A program made the position numbers and the translations under genes. From contig JALMLS010000568.1 in the NCBI GenBank assembly GCA_038496445.1, positions 1 through 64,000 on the forward strand: a DNA stretch of 64,000 nucleotides, given 5' to 3'. The notes under the pieces are model-generated. The model was not told the origin of the DNA. It made no database searches and worked only from the letters and a program-made list of their open reading frames with translations. Of the stretch, positions 51,160-63,271 are shown piece by piece. This DNA is from Trichosphaerium sp. ATCC 40318 (lineage: Eukaryota; Protista; Tubulinea). Each line of letters opens with the position of its first letter. Positions within the stretch are counted from its first letter, which is position 1.

Positions 51160-52173
51160 CAACAAGCAAAGAACCAAAAGAAAAAAAAAAGAGAACATAA
51201 TCTTATTGTACACTAAAATGTAAAAGTATAAAAAAAGTTGATAATTACGCTGTGTTTATAAGGGAGACTGACATTCTTATCGTTTCAGGCAACCTGTCAA
51301 GAAGTTCTTGTGGGTTGTCTATTTGTTGTTGTTGTGTATCCTTTAAAGTAACGTTTATCAGCAAAAGGGTTGAAGTGAAGAACATTAGTATCAAAAACCG
51401 TTGATACATTGTAAAAAAATCAGAAGACGTGTTGGAGGAAAAACTCGCACTCTTTGGTGGACTCTAGTGTAGCCACACGCGTTTGAATACTTGCAGAATT
51501 TTGGAATTGACCCTCAATATGTCAGAACTTGTGTTGACGACTAGTGAAATACCTACATTGTTGCTGTTGCTAGTAGACACCAGGCGATTTTATTCTACAC
51601 CTTTTTTTGTTTGTTTGTACCATTCAAATAGTATTGTGCCGGACTAGTTAGTAAGGGTAACTTGTAAATGCACAAAAAAAAAAGTGAATTTACGTCTACG
51701 CTAAGAATGTACGGATACTATATTAGCACATTGTACGCATACGTGGACGTAGCTACTTACCCAAAGTGTGCTAGTGTTTACGTTTACTTTTGTTTATCAA
51801 TATGGTGCGTTTTCCACCAAATGGCACTACGCAACGGTAATGGTGCAATTTCTCATAGATAAGACGCATTACGCGATTACTCAATAGTATGGTATTCGGA
51901 CAAATACAAACTCTTTGTTTGAGTTTACCTAAGCTCCTTGCGGCCGCAAAGTGCATGTTAGATTCTTAGTTGAATGTTATGAAAACGCAAGTAGAGGAAG
52001 TTCTGGTTAACTACTCGGCGACCAGAATCGATCGAAAAATGCTTGGAAGGTATCCTAAGCAACGTATGTTGCACTATAGGAATTGTTTCAAGGCATATTC
52101 CTTTTTTAGGTTGTTTAAATACTAATTAGGAAACAGCATACCAAAATTGACCAACATAACTACATAACTTCCG

Positions 52174-52741
52174 ATGAGAACACTACTCGTAACACTTGTT
52201 GTGTTGTGCTTGGCACTTGTAGCCGTACAGTAAGTTTGAACAAACCGAATACCGCCGCCCAAACTAACTTGTATTCTCCTTTAGAGCAAAATCGCGCTAT
52301 GGCGACCGTGGTTTCGTTGGTAGAACATTAGCCTTTTCCACTGACCCACTTCGTGAACGCAACAGGGACAATGGACAAAGGAGACTAGCCTTTTCCACCG
52401 ACCCACTCCGTGAACGCAACAGGGACAATGGACAAAGGAGACTAGCCTTTTCCTCTACTAGACCACTTCGTGAACGCACGCGCGACAATGGAGAACGTAC
52501 CTTAAGTTTTAAGGGAAGAGATCGCTCGAACAGGGAATACATTAATCGTCCACAAAGCCGATTTGGTGACCGTGTTGCAAATTACAACGATGACTACCAA
52601 AGAGCACTCGAGAGAGTAAACAACAGCCGCTGGAGACGTGGTGGTGGCAGGCTTGCCTCAAACTACAACGATGACTACCAAAGAGCACTCGATAGAGTAA
52701 ACAAGAGCCGCTGGAGACGTGGTGGTGGCAGTCTTGCCTAA
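52174..52741 (+). CDS. Secreted repeat-peptide precursor, 170 aa, 2 exons
   Basis: Exon 1 (52174-52229) encodes signal peptide MRTLLVTLVVLCLALVAVQA; intron 52230-52284 (gtaagt..ctaac..ttag); exon 2 is open to TAA 52739-41 followed by aataaa; 513 nt in total. Confidence 0.85.
52328..52510 (+). repeat. 57-nt coding repeat x3 (LAFSTDPLRERNRDNGQRR)
   Basis: Units start at 52328, 52385 and 52442. Confidence 0.95.
52580..52738 (+). repeat. 81-nt coding repeat x2 (NYNDDYQRALERVNNSRWRRGGGRLAS)
   Basis: Near-identical direct copies starting at about 52580 and 52661. Confidence 0.95.
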
Positions 52742-53409
52742 ATAAACTGTTTCAGTTCAATATATAAGTTGTTTGTGTACCATTGCCGGTTTTGCACTCT
52801 GTCTACGACAAGACCTCAAGAGGTATTTTGTTGAACAAAGAGTAAGTTCATTTGTCACTTTATGTTTTTGCAGAGGGGCTAGACTTTATTGTAGCGTTTT
52901 CAGATTAAATCGCTTCTCCTTGAAGTTTGCTCATAAAATGCCTTTTTGAAGAATTGTTAGGAGCGCTTCTCGGTACTTATTTGGTGAGTGCCGGGTATCT
53001 GTTCCAGTAGTTTTTAGAGGGGTGCCAGCATCTAGGTACTGCTATCAACTTGTGTCTTCCTTACTACGTTTGCATTTGTTCGCATCAAATATGCTAGTGC
53101 CCTTGTCTACGCTGTTGAAGCACGATACTTCACTGCATTTTGGGCATTCAGAATCTCACCATTCGATCACATCCCGTACGGTTTGTAACCGGAAATATAA
53201 GACATACATTCAAAAAGTTGTGTTCTAAACAATGTACAAAACGAGAACCGCTCATTTGTGATCATATAGTTCTTGTGAGATGATGTAGTACAGCCACTTC
53301 AATTTCAAGAGATAGTTTTGTTTTGACCGCACGTGAATTGACCCATTGTTGTCATTATTTTTCTGGAGAGATGTATTTCTCAGACTTTTTTTGTACCACA
53401 AACGTAAAG

Positions 53410-54965
53410 ATGGCAACAACAGACTTAGCGGAGCTCATAAACGATAATTTAGAACCTTACTATGCTCTGTCTAAGACATTCGGAGGCCCCGTTGCTGAAC
53501 AGGTAAAATTAGATCAAAAAGTAGTTGTTTCGCCTCAAACCGCGCCTGTGGTTTGTGCAGCAATTGTGTTAGCACATTTTGGCTATTTCGCTCTATCTCA
53601 CTAAAAACACAAAGGCGGACCTCGTAAAAAAAGCTGTTGATCTTGAATTTTCACTTGTTAAAAAAGCGACAGGCACAAACAAACCAGCTCAAGCAGTCTT
53701 CATGAAGGAGGTTGAACCTATCAACAACCTCATGAAGCAAATCAGCGGTATGAAGGACAAGAATAGAGGTCACAAGCACTTTAACCATTTGAGTTGTGTT
53801 GGTGAAGGTAACCCTTTTTACACAAAAAGTTAGTGTTATAATGACTTTGTATGTAGGTGTCCAAGCACTCGCTTGGGTTCGTATTGAACCTACACCAGGT
53901 CCTCACGTCAAAGAAACTATTGGATATGCTGAGTTCTGGACAAACAAAATCCGTTCAGAGTTCAAGGGAAAGTGCGTAGTCCTTTATCACTAAGTTATCA
54001 ATGCTGATGTACATGTTAAGAGATGAGGAACAAATCAAATGGGTTGAGGGTTTCACTGGATTCTTGAAAGCTGTACTTTATTTTGAAACCTCCTCCGAGC
54101 ACTGTACACTGTAACACTGAGCTAATATGGTTTAGCTCGTTGTTTACATCAAACAACACCACACAACAGGTTTATCTTGGGGTACTGGTGCTACTGGCGA
54201 AGCCGATCCAGCAGGTATGCCTTGTTGCTACAAGCGTAAATGTAACTAGTTTGTTTTTCTTAGTTGCTGGTGGCATTGATGGTATTATCAAAGAGTTCCT
54301 CGAACCATACGTTGCAATGTCTACAAAGATTGGTGGTGTAGTCTCTGTTCAAGTTAGTTTTCTTTTTAGAATGTCGTTCTCACGTGATTGGCTTAGGCTA
54401 AAGTTTTCGAAAAAGCTGTAAAACTTGAAGGTGAGCTCATCAAAAAGGCAAAGGAAATGAAGAAGCCTTCTCCAGCTGAATTGCAAGAACTCCTTGCGCC
54501 TATCAGGTACACCTTTTTTGCGTTCTAGCCACAGGTATCATGTTGTTTTGTGTTTATTAATTTGGGATTGCTTAGAAAGGAGACGATGGCTGTTTCAGCT
54601 TTCAAAGATAAGTACAAAACTCATGTGGATATAAACTATGTTGCTGGTGTTGCTGAAGGTGTTGCTGTATTAGGATGGATTGCTGTTGAACCAGCTCCTG
54701 CACTTTATGTTAAGGACGCTATTCGTAGCTCTGCTAAATGGACAAGCAAGATCCTTGCTGAGTTTAGGGGAAATTATGTATCATTTGATCGTAGAATGCG
54801 AGGTAATACAGGTGAAATGCAAAAGAATTGGGTTAGGGCACTCAACGGATTTTTATCGGCTGTGCGGATGTCTTTGTTGTTCGTTGTTCCCGTTTACTCA
54901 TTTTTTCTTAGTTGGACTCATTCATCGAGGCTGAGCATTCTACTGGATTGACATGGGGAAAATAA
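53410..54965 (+). CDS. Protein of two tandem CAP (cyclase-associated protein) N-terminal helical domains, with no WH2 or CARP
   Basis: Unit 1 LEPYYALSKTFGGPVAEQA...KDKNRGHKHFNHLSCVGEG..ALAWV...AEFWTNKI...HHTTGLSWG; unit 2 LEPYVAMSTKIGGVVSVQA...VAEGVAVLGW...EHSTGLTWGK*. Confidence 0.85.
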
Positions 54966-56254
54966 ATTTTGATTTAGTGATCTTATCCTTTTGTACTTAT
55001 TAAACAGAAATTTCAGAGTGGTAGTAGGTAATAAAATCTGTTTAATCATTTTTATTTTTTGCATTTTTTTTTTGTTTTTTCCTATTTTTTGGAATTATTA
55101 CACCTGTAATAGAGCATCTTCTAATCGTTTTGGTATCTCTGGCTGCTTTAGAATTATCTTGAACCTGGTGCAACCTCTAGATTTAGAGGGGAATACCTAT
55201 AAATCCCTAAAGATCCATTGAATAGCAGTAAATTCAACCAATACTATGTACTAGATGTGCAGCGCGCCTAAACATGCGATTTAGGATAATTCTAATTGTT
55301 GCGAAAAGACAATTGCAATTGAGCTGCGATTATTACTTAACAAGCATTGTGAACTTCTTTTTGGTTGAAACCCCAAATATGTAGAACTTTGTCAAAAGAA
55401 GTCAAAAATTCGGCACACTAATTATCCTATATTATGCCATAGGAACTATTTAGAAAGCCCCGTTTTCAGGGGGTTGGGGGGAAGAGCCTAGCGGCGACTG
55501 AGCGCTATAACCCAGTTGTCTCCCTTTGTGGCGAACAGTTCAATATCACTTTGACATTTTTTCGACTTTTTTTTCGACATTTTAGTACACACCCCTGAAA
55601 CCAGTAGCTGCGCAGTTCGCTTTTTGCGTTACTACCGAGTTCACTGTTTTATTAGTTTGCAATGAGACTGATTAGACGCTACGACGGTCAAAATTCATTG
55701 GTGTTGAAATCACAAATGGTTGAAAAAAGGGTTATGTGGAGAACTTGGGAAAACAGTTTAGTAAGCACGCGATGCTTCAAAAGATGCCATTGCCTTTTTA
55801 GTAAATGAACTTACAAAAATAACCGCTCTGTATTTATCGTTTGTAGGCGCCACGCACTGGACAGTGTCTAGGCGCTTGTATGTGTCTATTTGGTAAATTT
55901 CAATTGGGCAAGATGAGGGAACAAATCTGCTAGCGGTGTATTTTCGGAACAAAGTATTGATAGGCGTAGTTTGCAGTTTCTAATAAATGGAAGTCTGAGT
56001 CCAATGACTGAAAATGTGAGGTGACATTGAAGCACGTGCGTTGTTTTTCTTAGCGCCAAAGGGGCTACATAAATAAAGGTTCATTGTATGGCTTTTTTCG
56101 AAAAATGACACAAATAGTTATAAAATACCGTTGATGTTTGTTTTGCGAAGGCGCCTTTAGTGTTTATTTGATATTAGTAACACGTGACTTAAAATATTGT
56201 TTTAATAGCTGTTTTTGTTTACCCATTCACCAACCCGTGCCTCATCTCGCGAAG

Positions 56255-59200
56255 ATGGGAGGATATAACAGTAAATATTGTGTTAATAGCCTTCTATAAC
56301 TAATTTTGCTTGTAGCCTTATTTATTGTGTTGCTACTACTGCTGTTGTTTTCGCTTCTATGTGATGCTTCCACGTGGAGAGGAACAAATAATTTTAACGC
56401 TAGTGTTGATGCTAATTGGCTTCCAACGGGAGTACCTGCGCCAGGCGATAAAATTACTATAGGTACAAACCTATTTTTTATGAAAAAATATTTGACACTC
56501 GTTTTGCTGTTGCGAAAGATATTTAGCTGTAGTAGATAATCAAACAACCGCTATTATGTTCGATGGAAGTGTTGGGTTATATAACGAAACAAATGCTCCC
56601 TTCGCTGAGGTGCGTTCTTTCGTACAATAGTCAGCTAAAAATGTCATAGGTAATAGATGGGAGAACTTTAACGCACTTCTACATGGCTGATATAGTTGCA
56701 CCGCGGGTAACAATTGAATTAACGTACAACAAAAACTACACGCCTGCAAACAATAACTTCTTTATTCAGAAAACAAGCTATTATTTCTCTTAATTGTACA
56801 TTCTCTACGGAGAGGTATATCACAATTGATAGGTAACGAATAGAAGAAATGCTTTAAGCTGTATTGACTGCTTATGAAAATAGCTCAGGAGACAATGCGT
56901 TCTTTGCATCGATGATGTCGCGTAGATTAGGAGAGAGTATTTGTGAAGCAGCCTATACTACCAAAGTCGGAGAAGGACGCTTAGAACTAGCGTCAGCGCA
57001 GTTTACGAAACCTCTTTCAATCGAAGAACATCGAGGAACTCTTCAACTTATATCACTAAACGAGTTGGAAATAGATTCAATTGAGTACGTTTTATTTTGA
57101 AGAATATTCCCAGCGTTAATAAGAATAGTATGTACACAATGAGTTCTTTACTGATAAGGTTTATTCAACCCCATTATGTGTATCTAAATGGAAAGCTGTC
57201 GTGCAATGGAATTTCAGGAGAACAATGTATTATTAGATTTACTACCGAGGTATGGTTTACAATATAAGGCCATCTCTAAGGCACACTAGAATTTTGAACA
57301 ACGGCCACTTAGTATTCTGGAAGTAAATCAAAATTTACATATAACCGGAGGGGCCCAGCCGTTTTACACAGCAATGAAGGGTGTACGATTGTTTTTGTAT
57401 TTTCACGTTCTCATTCACGAATAGTCAATAACTGTGGCAGCTTCTAAAACTCTTACAATATGTATGTTGTTGTTTTCTTCCTTAGTTTTAAACGTAAATT
57501 CTAGTCCGCCAAGGAGATATTATGCTCACAGGTTCTTTAAATGGGCAGGGCACCCTCCTAACTCAAGCAGGCGAAGTAACCATTAGTGTATGATTACTTT
57601 CTTTGTTATTTTGAACATATTGAAAACTGACTAAACAAAGGCATCGTGTGATATAGCTACCATTCGTCACGTTGGAAGTGAAAATTTGATTCTAAACCAC
57701 ACTGGCGGAATATCTACTACATTGGAAATTGGTAATTCTGCAACACCGACAATTGTGTTGGCCAGAGTACATAAACTTCTAACAACACTTAGCTAAACTC
57801 CTATAGGAACAACTCAGTTTACACAAGCTCCATGATATTAGTACTGGGGAGATACAAATAACATTGACGCATTTGGATCTTCCAACCCTCTCCCTTGGCA
57901 TACTCCAAGGTAGGTCCTTGTGCTACTGCTATGGGTATTTTTTAACCTAAAACAGCCAACTTGACGATCAGAGGAATCATGAATCTTGCTATAACTAATG
58001 ACATCTTTCCATCTTCTTCAATTAACTGTTTACTTGGATGCAGAATTACACTTTCGATGCCAGTTGTAGATATGGACGAGTTCGCTCTTCCTAGCCAAGG
58101 TCAGTATTTACTAAGAATTTTTTTCGAATTTGCCATATTTTTTCTTTATCCAGTCGAAGTTAACTTTATGATATTTAGAAGATGTTAATATCACCTTCCA
58201 AGGAGAAAACAACATTGTCAAATTCAAACCTATGCCTAGTTTAGATTTTTTGGTGAATGGTATGGTGAATAGAAAGAGTAGTCCAAATTGATAAAACTTA
58301 CAAAATTAACCAATTGCATTTCGTTTTTAAACACTAAATACTTGTAGGATCGCAAGTTAATATAACGTATGATTCGGAAGGAGACATACAATCGTTTGAA
58401 ATGAGAAAAGGAACGCTCTATGGAGGGCCACAGATAGGATTTACTAAGCTCACACTGAGCGGAGGGACAATTGACAACATAGACATAAGTAACCTCGGGA
58501 ATCTTATAGTAACTGGAACAGATTCAATAGTTCGCAATACGGTATGCTACTGACTATTTTGAGAATTTTTTGACCATGTGTTAGAATATAACAGGGCCCA
58601 CGTTTATGTTTGAGAGTACTTCATCAACTGTTCCCACAACGTTGCATGCTACAGGACAAAGCGTACAAAATTAAAGACAGTTATCATTACTTATTGGTAA
58701 AAACTAGGACTTTATGTTTGACATCTGTGGTTTTACCACTGGTAATTTCGAGTTCACGTCAAGTTCTTCAATTAGCTGCAACAGTAGTACGTTGTAATTT
58801 TTTTTTCCCCCTTTTTTCTAACAATGTTTGCGTAGTTATGATAAACTCGGGAAGTGAAGTGCTATTTGAAGTAGATTCAATAATAATCGTATCTCTACTT
58901 GACGTACGCATATTTTATTCAGTAAAAAACGATCGGTTTCCTTAGTTAATGAGAAATGTACTACAGATATATGGCAAATTTACTTTGACGTCTAAAAAAG
59001 CCGTTAATCTTGCAGAGACTACAATTGCAGATGGTGAATTCAGCACAGCTCGGTAAGAGTGCTATTTACTTGTATTTACTAACCATTGTTGTAAAAAGGT
59101 CTACAGGAGATATAGATGTAACAAAATTAATACTTGATGGTGGCAAAATTACAGTTGATGATAATGCTAATATTTATGCTCTGGATCTTGAATTCAGGCC

Positions 59201-61400
59201 CAAAGAATTAGTATTAGCAGGTATGTATCTCGTGTAAGTTTAGTGCGTACAACTTACTGAGTTTAAAATAAGGCCTTGGTAAATTGTATGTCAAAACGCT
59301 CAATGAGGCAGGAAATCTAGAAATAAATGGAGGAGGCACGTGACAGTTTGTTGTAGTGCCAAATTGAAGTTGTTTTTAACCTTTTTTCAGGAACCATTGC
59401 TTTTTATGAGCCAACGACAACATTAGGAACAAACAACAAACTAGGACCGTACGTCATGAGTTTTATCGCTTGGTTGTAGTTCACACTTATAAACCAGGTG
59501 GGATGTCAATATACATGTCGGTAGTCCTCGTGATGCTGTTGAACTTACATTACAGACTGATCTCGAGATTGATGGAGGAATAAGTGTTGCTGGAGACTCT
59601 AAGATACAAATAAACGGAGATGTAAGAATAACTTCTGGTATTAGAAGTAGAATTGATGGTAACGCTTTTTGTCTTTGATATTTCGAGACTAATTTCGTAT
59701 TGAAGGTGAACTTGAAATTGGGCAAGACCGAAGTGTTCACCTTGATGGTAGCTATCAAATTCGAAAGCTTATAATTAACCTACCTGTAAATAACATTACT
59801 TTCAAATTATTGAACATAAAGGATACAATAATTATCGTAAAGGGTACAGAACCCGTGACTGCTTTCGAGAATCAGGTAAATTCTTATTTTTTTCTTATCC
59901 CTTTTTTTTCGCTTTATACAGCTTCTTCTAACATGATTCGTCACAGGGCATCAAGTTATTCTCAGCAGAGTTGCTTCAAGGGTTTGAAAGTGGTTTAAAT
60001 GTTACGTACATGAATACGAATGACGGTAAGTGTTTTTTTTAGAAAAAACGCCAACTTTTATTAACGTTTTTATCTTTATAGTTTCCGAACACCAGCTGTT
60101 TATCCACTTACCTCTTGCTGGTATTGACAATGTACAAGATGTATTTATGCGTTCAGAAGAGTCTACAGTACCTCCGTACTGCTTACAGGTATTGTTCGTC
60201 AAGCTTTTTATTCAAAAGAGGTTAAGTTTACATCGCTTTCTTACAAGTGTTTAGGGTTGTGAATGTCCTGCTCCTTTTACAAATGCTGACTGTATAAATG
60301 GTGAATGGGTAACGGGAGATATTATTATTAATGATGGTGAAGAGATAATCTTCGGAGACACAACAATAATTATCGGTACAACTCTGCTGCTTGCAAGCGC
60401 TCGACTTATTTTATTTCAAAAGGTAATTTCTCTGTTACTTCTGGAGGTATTGTTACCATCAAACAAGGATCTGTTCTAGATATCAGCCAATGTTCCGATT
60501 TATCTGGTACCTTATCTGTGGAACTAGATGATTTATCAAACGAGCAAATAGAGCTAATAAAGCTTAACAGGTCGTGTTCAACAGGTACAACATTTTGTCT
60601 TTGAAATATTCGACAAAACCTAAGTCACTAACTTTTTTTTTTTTGAAACCCCTGTGCTAGCCCGCTTAACACTCGTTATTTAGGACAATTTGATAATGTC
60701 ACTGTATCAGAGACTGATGTTTGTAATACTATTAAAAGTCAACGATTACAACAGGAAGCTGGGACTGTAACTTTACTCCTAAGCGTCGAAAAGAACTGCG
60801 AAGGAGGTAAGCACTTTTACAAACAAAACAACGCTGACTCAGTTTTTAGATTCCTTCCCTATAGCGTATATTGTCATTATTGTGGTTATTATTGTTATAG
60901 TGCTTTTGGCTATCATTGGAGCGTGTATGTTCCCAAAAAATGGTTTTAGTTTATTTTCCTGTTTGAGCCACGTGTTTTCACCAATTGTTTGCTTTCACCC
61001 ATGCAATTGTCTCAATTTACCAAAACCACCTCCTCTTTATTATGCCTCCTACTTACTATTTTCCGTAGCCGTTGTGCTCCTAGTACCAAGAATTCGACAT
61101 AGGGTAAGTTTATTTTCATTAAATAGTTTTATAATTACGCATAACTTCAAGAAACCAACTTTTTATCATGAAGCTATTTAGAGGTGTAGAGGCTTTTATA
61201 AGCTGTATCCGATTAACCAGTTGATAATAATCTTGTCGCTGGCCAAGCTGGGACTACCTCTACGCTATCTAATTGCATCAAACTATTTTTTATTGTTTCA
61301 TCTCTTTTGTATTGACACGTTATTTCTACAGGTGCTTCCGTATAGACATGTTGCCAAAACTAGACAAGCGTCTAGAGGAAATATTTCAGTGAGGGTATAA
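56255..61400 (+). CDS. Large type I membrane protein with beta-solenoid-like ectodomain and many micro-exons
   Basis: Signal peptide, TWRG...NWLPTGVPAPGDKITI, G/T/I/V-rich beta-type exons, Cys-containing membrane-proximal region, TM IAYIVIIVVIIVIVLLAIIG, tail PRIRHRVLPYR...*. Confidence 0.75.
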
Positions 61401-61643
61401 GAATCAAATAAAACGTGTAGAGTGTAAAAGTGTAAGTAAAGTATTTTGCGGCTATATTTTAAACACGTGTCTATACCTTTACCTTAGACCCTTTTTCAAG
61501 GTTGTGAGTCTTTTGATGAAGTTGTCGCCAATGTATTACTATGTACACATAGGTTGCTTTGCGCTATACAAAGTAGTACTTGAGGTTCATCTGGCGGAAC
61601 CAAATCAATACCAAAATAATATTCTCTAAGGTTGTTTTGTTTA

Positions 61644-62567
61644 TTACCAATAAGATGGTTCAGGAATTATTTTAATTACATATTTAAACGATGATCCAGA
61701 CTCCATTACAAACTGCCAAGTGACTACATGAACAATTTCGCCTTTTTCAAATTTGTCAGCCATGATTTGTTGGATATCATCTTGAGTTTTAAAAATGGCA
61801 TCTAATTGAACAATCTTGACATCATGTTCGTCTCCTTTGAAGTCTAAGCCTGCATATTGACTTATAGATTGTTGATCGTATAGTTCTATAACACGAGAAG
61901 TAAGTGACCATCTTTTGTTAATGTATGAAGCGCAGTAAGGACCGTTTTGGAACAATTTCGTTACACATTGACCTGCTGGTTCAACGCAGTATGCATCAAC
62001 ACCATCTTCTCCATCAACTTCCACACAAAGTATTGACCCGTCTGCGTAGTTTTGAGAGCAATCTCTTATATTTAACTGACCGAAATGAGGAGAGAGATCG
62101 ATGAGTTCTTTAACACTTGGATCCATATATAATGTCAAACATGTTGTTTTGATAGTTTTAAGTGATGAGCAATCTTTTGGAATTGTACATAAACTGACTG
62201 ATTGTAGTTGAGTACAACAAGAAAGGGCTTCTACAATATCATTTATAGTTTTGTTGTCACCAATGCTAGCATCGATAACAACATTTCTTAGTGTCTCGGA
62301 GCAAGATTTTATAGCATCAATAAGAGTTTTCGCGTCTATTGTCCCGTTTATAATCAAGTCTCGCAAAGGAGCTTTTTTTAGAATATTTAATACCTCTGTT
62401 GGCTTGCTGTACGCTTTACTTTCATATTTTACTTGTCCAGCCATATCTTTTGAAGTGTATGGGAGACATCTTGTTGTTTTCGTAACGGAACGCAGCGCTA
62501 CGATTGAGGAGAGTGGGAGGTACTGAGATACCTCAAATACGATATCGTCTTGTGATATTAGAGCCAT
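61644..62567 (-). CDS. Intronless protein with F-box-like N-terminus and degenerate LRR-like region
   Basis: MALISQDDIVFEVSQYLPLSSIVALRSVTKT is F-box-like; LRDLII, CSETLRNVVI and CTQLQSVSL are LRR-like strands. Confidence 0.65.
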   Translation of the reverse strand: MALISQDDIVFEVSQYLPLSSIVALRSVTKTTRCLPYTSKDMAGQVKYESKAYSKPTEVLNILKKAPLRDLIINGTIDAKTLIDAIKSCSETLRNVVIDASIGDNKTINDIVEALSCCTQLQSVSLCTIPKDCSSLKTIKTTCLTLYMDPSVKELIDLSPHFGQLNIRDCSQNYADGSILCVEVDGEDGVDAYCVEPAGQCVTKLFQNGPYCASYINKRWSLTSRVIELYDQQSISQYAGLDFKGDEHDVKIVQLDAIFKTQDDIQQIMADKFEKGEIVHVVTWQFVMESGSSFKYVIKIIPEPSYW

Positions 62568-63271
62568 TGTAATGCTGTGTAGTTGTTCTAGCAATAGAAA
62601 TAAGCGATTGTCTTGTTTGCTTGTTTTCACTGAAAAAAGAACATCGTTGCGTGGCAGTTTGATGAAACAACACGTGTCAGCTATGCGAGTTCATCAGGAG
62701 TATTTCAACCAAGCCATCTGTTGGTTCGCTTGTTGAACAAGCGTCTTGATGACAGAAATCGTCTCAAACATTGGAGGAAGTGTTGTTGGAAAAGTGGATT
62801 GTGCTTGTTTAAACCATTCCCCATTTCACATAATTTTCTCTGTGTGTGCCACAAATAAGTAGTACATTACATTAAAATTATCTATTCTTCTATAGATGAA
62901 ACTAACTATAAACTCTACTGCTGTCGTAGCGCTGCATTATGCACTCATAGTGCTGTTAACGACTTAAGTCGACTTAAAGTCATTTATTTACAGTTGAAGT
63001 CAAGTCGAACCGAGTCATTAGCAACTACTCACTTAGCATGTTGAACAAAGAGGCAAAATCGTTCGCATTTGGATCATCCTGAGATATTGTATATGTCTGT
63101 AAACGCCTGTTGTCCTTTCATATGAAAATTTCAATGACAATTCAAGTGATTTTAAAGTACCCTTGAAAAACTTATCACAATTTTTGTTATTGAAAATCCC
63201 ATCTATCAAACTTTCTGATTTTCAACATACTTTCTCCGTTATTGACACAAAGGGATCAAGAGTACAGTATT

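Noticed and set aside
52297-52542. Minus-strand ORF with SLLCPLSLLRSRSG repeats
   Set aside because: It is the antisense shadow of the plus-strand peptide precursor, which has a signal peptide, intron and polyA signal.
62960-62982. Palindromic gacttaagtcgacttaaagtc
   Set aside because: Short, single and without supporting context.
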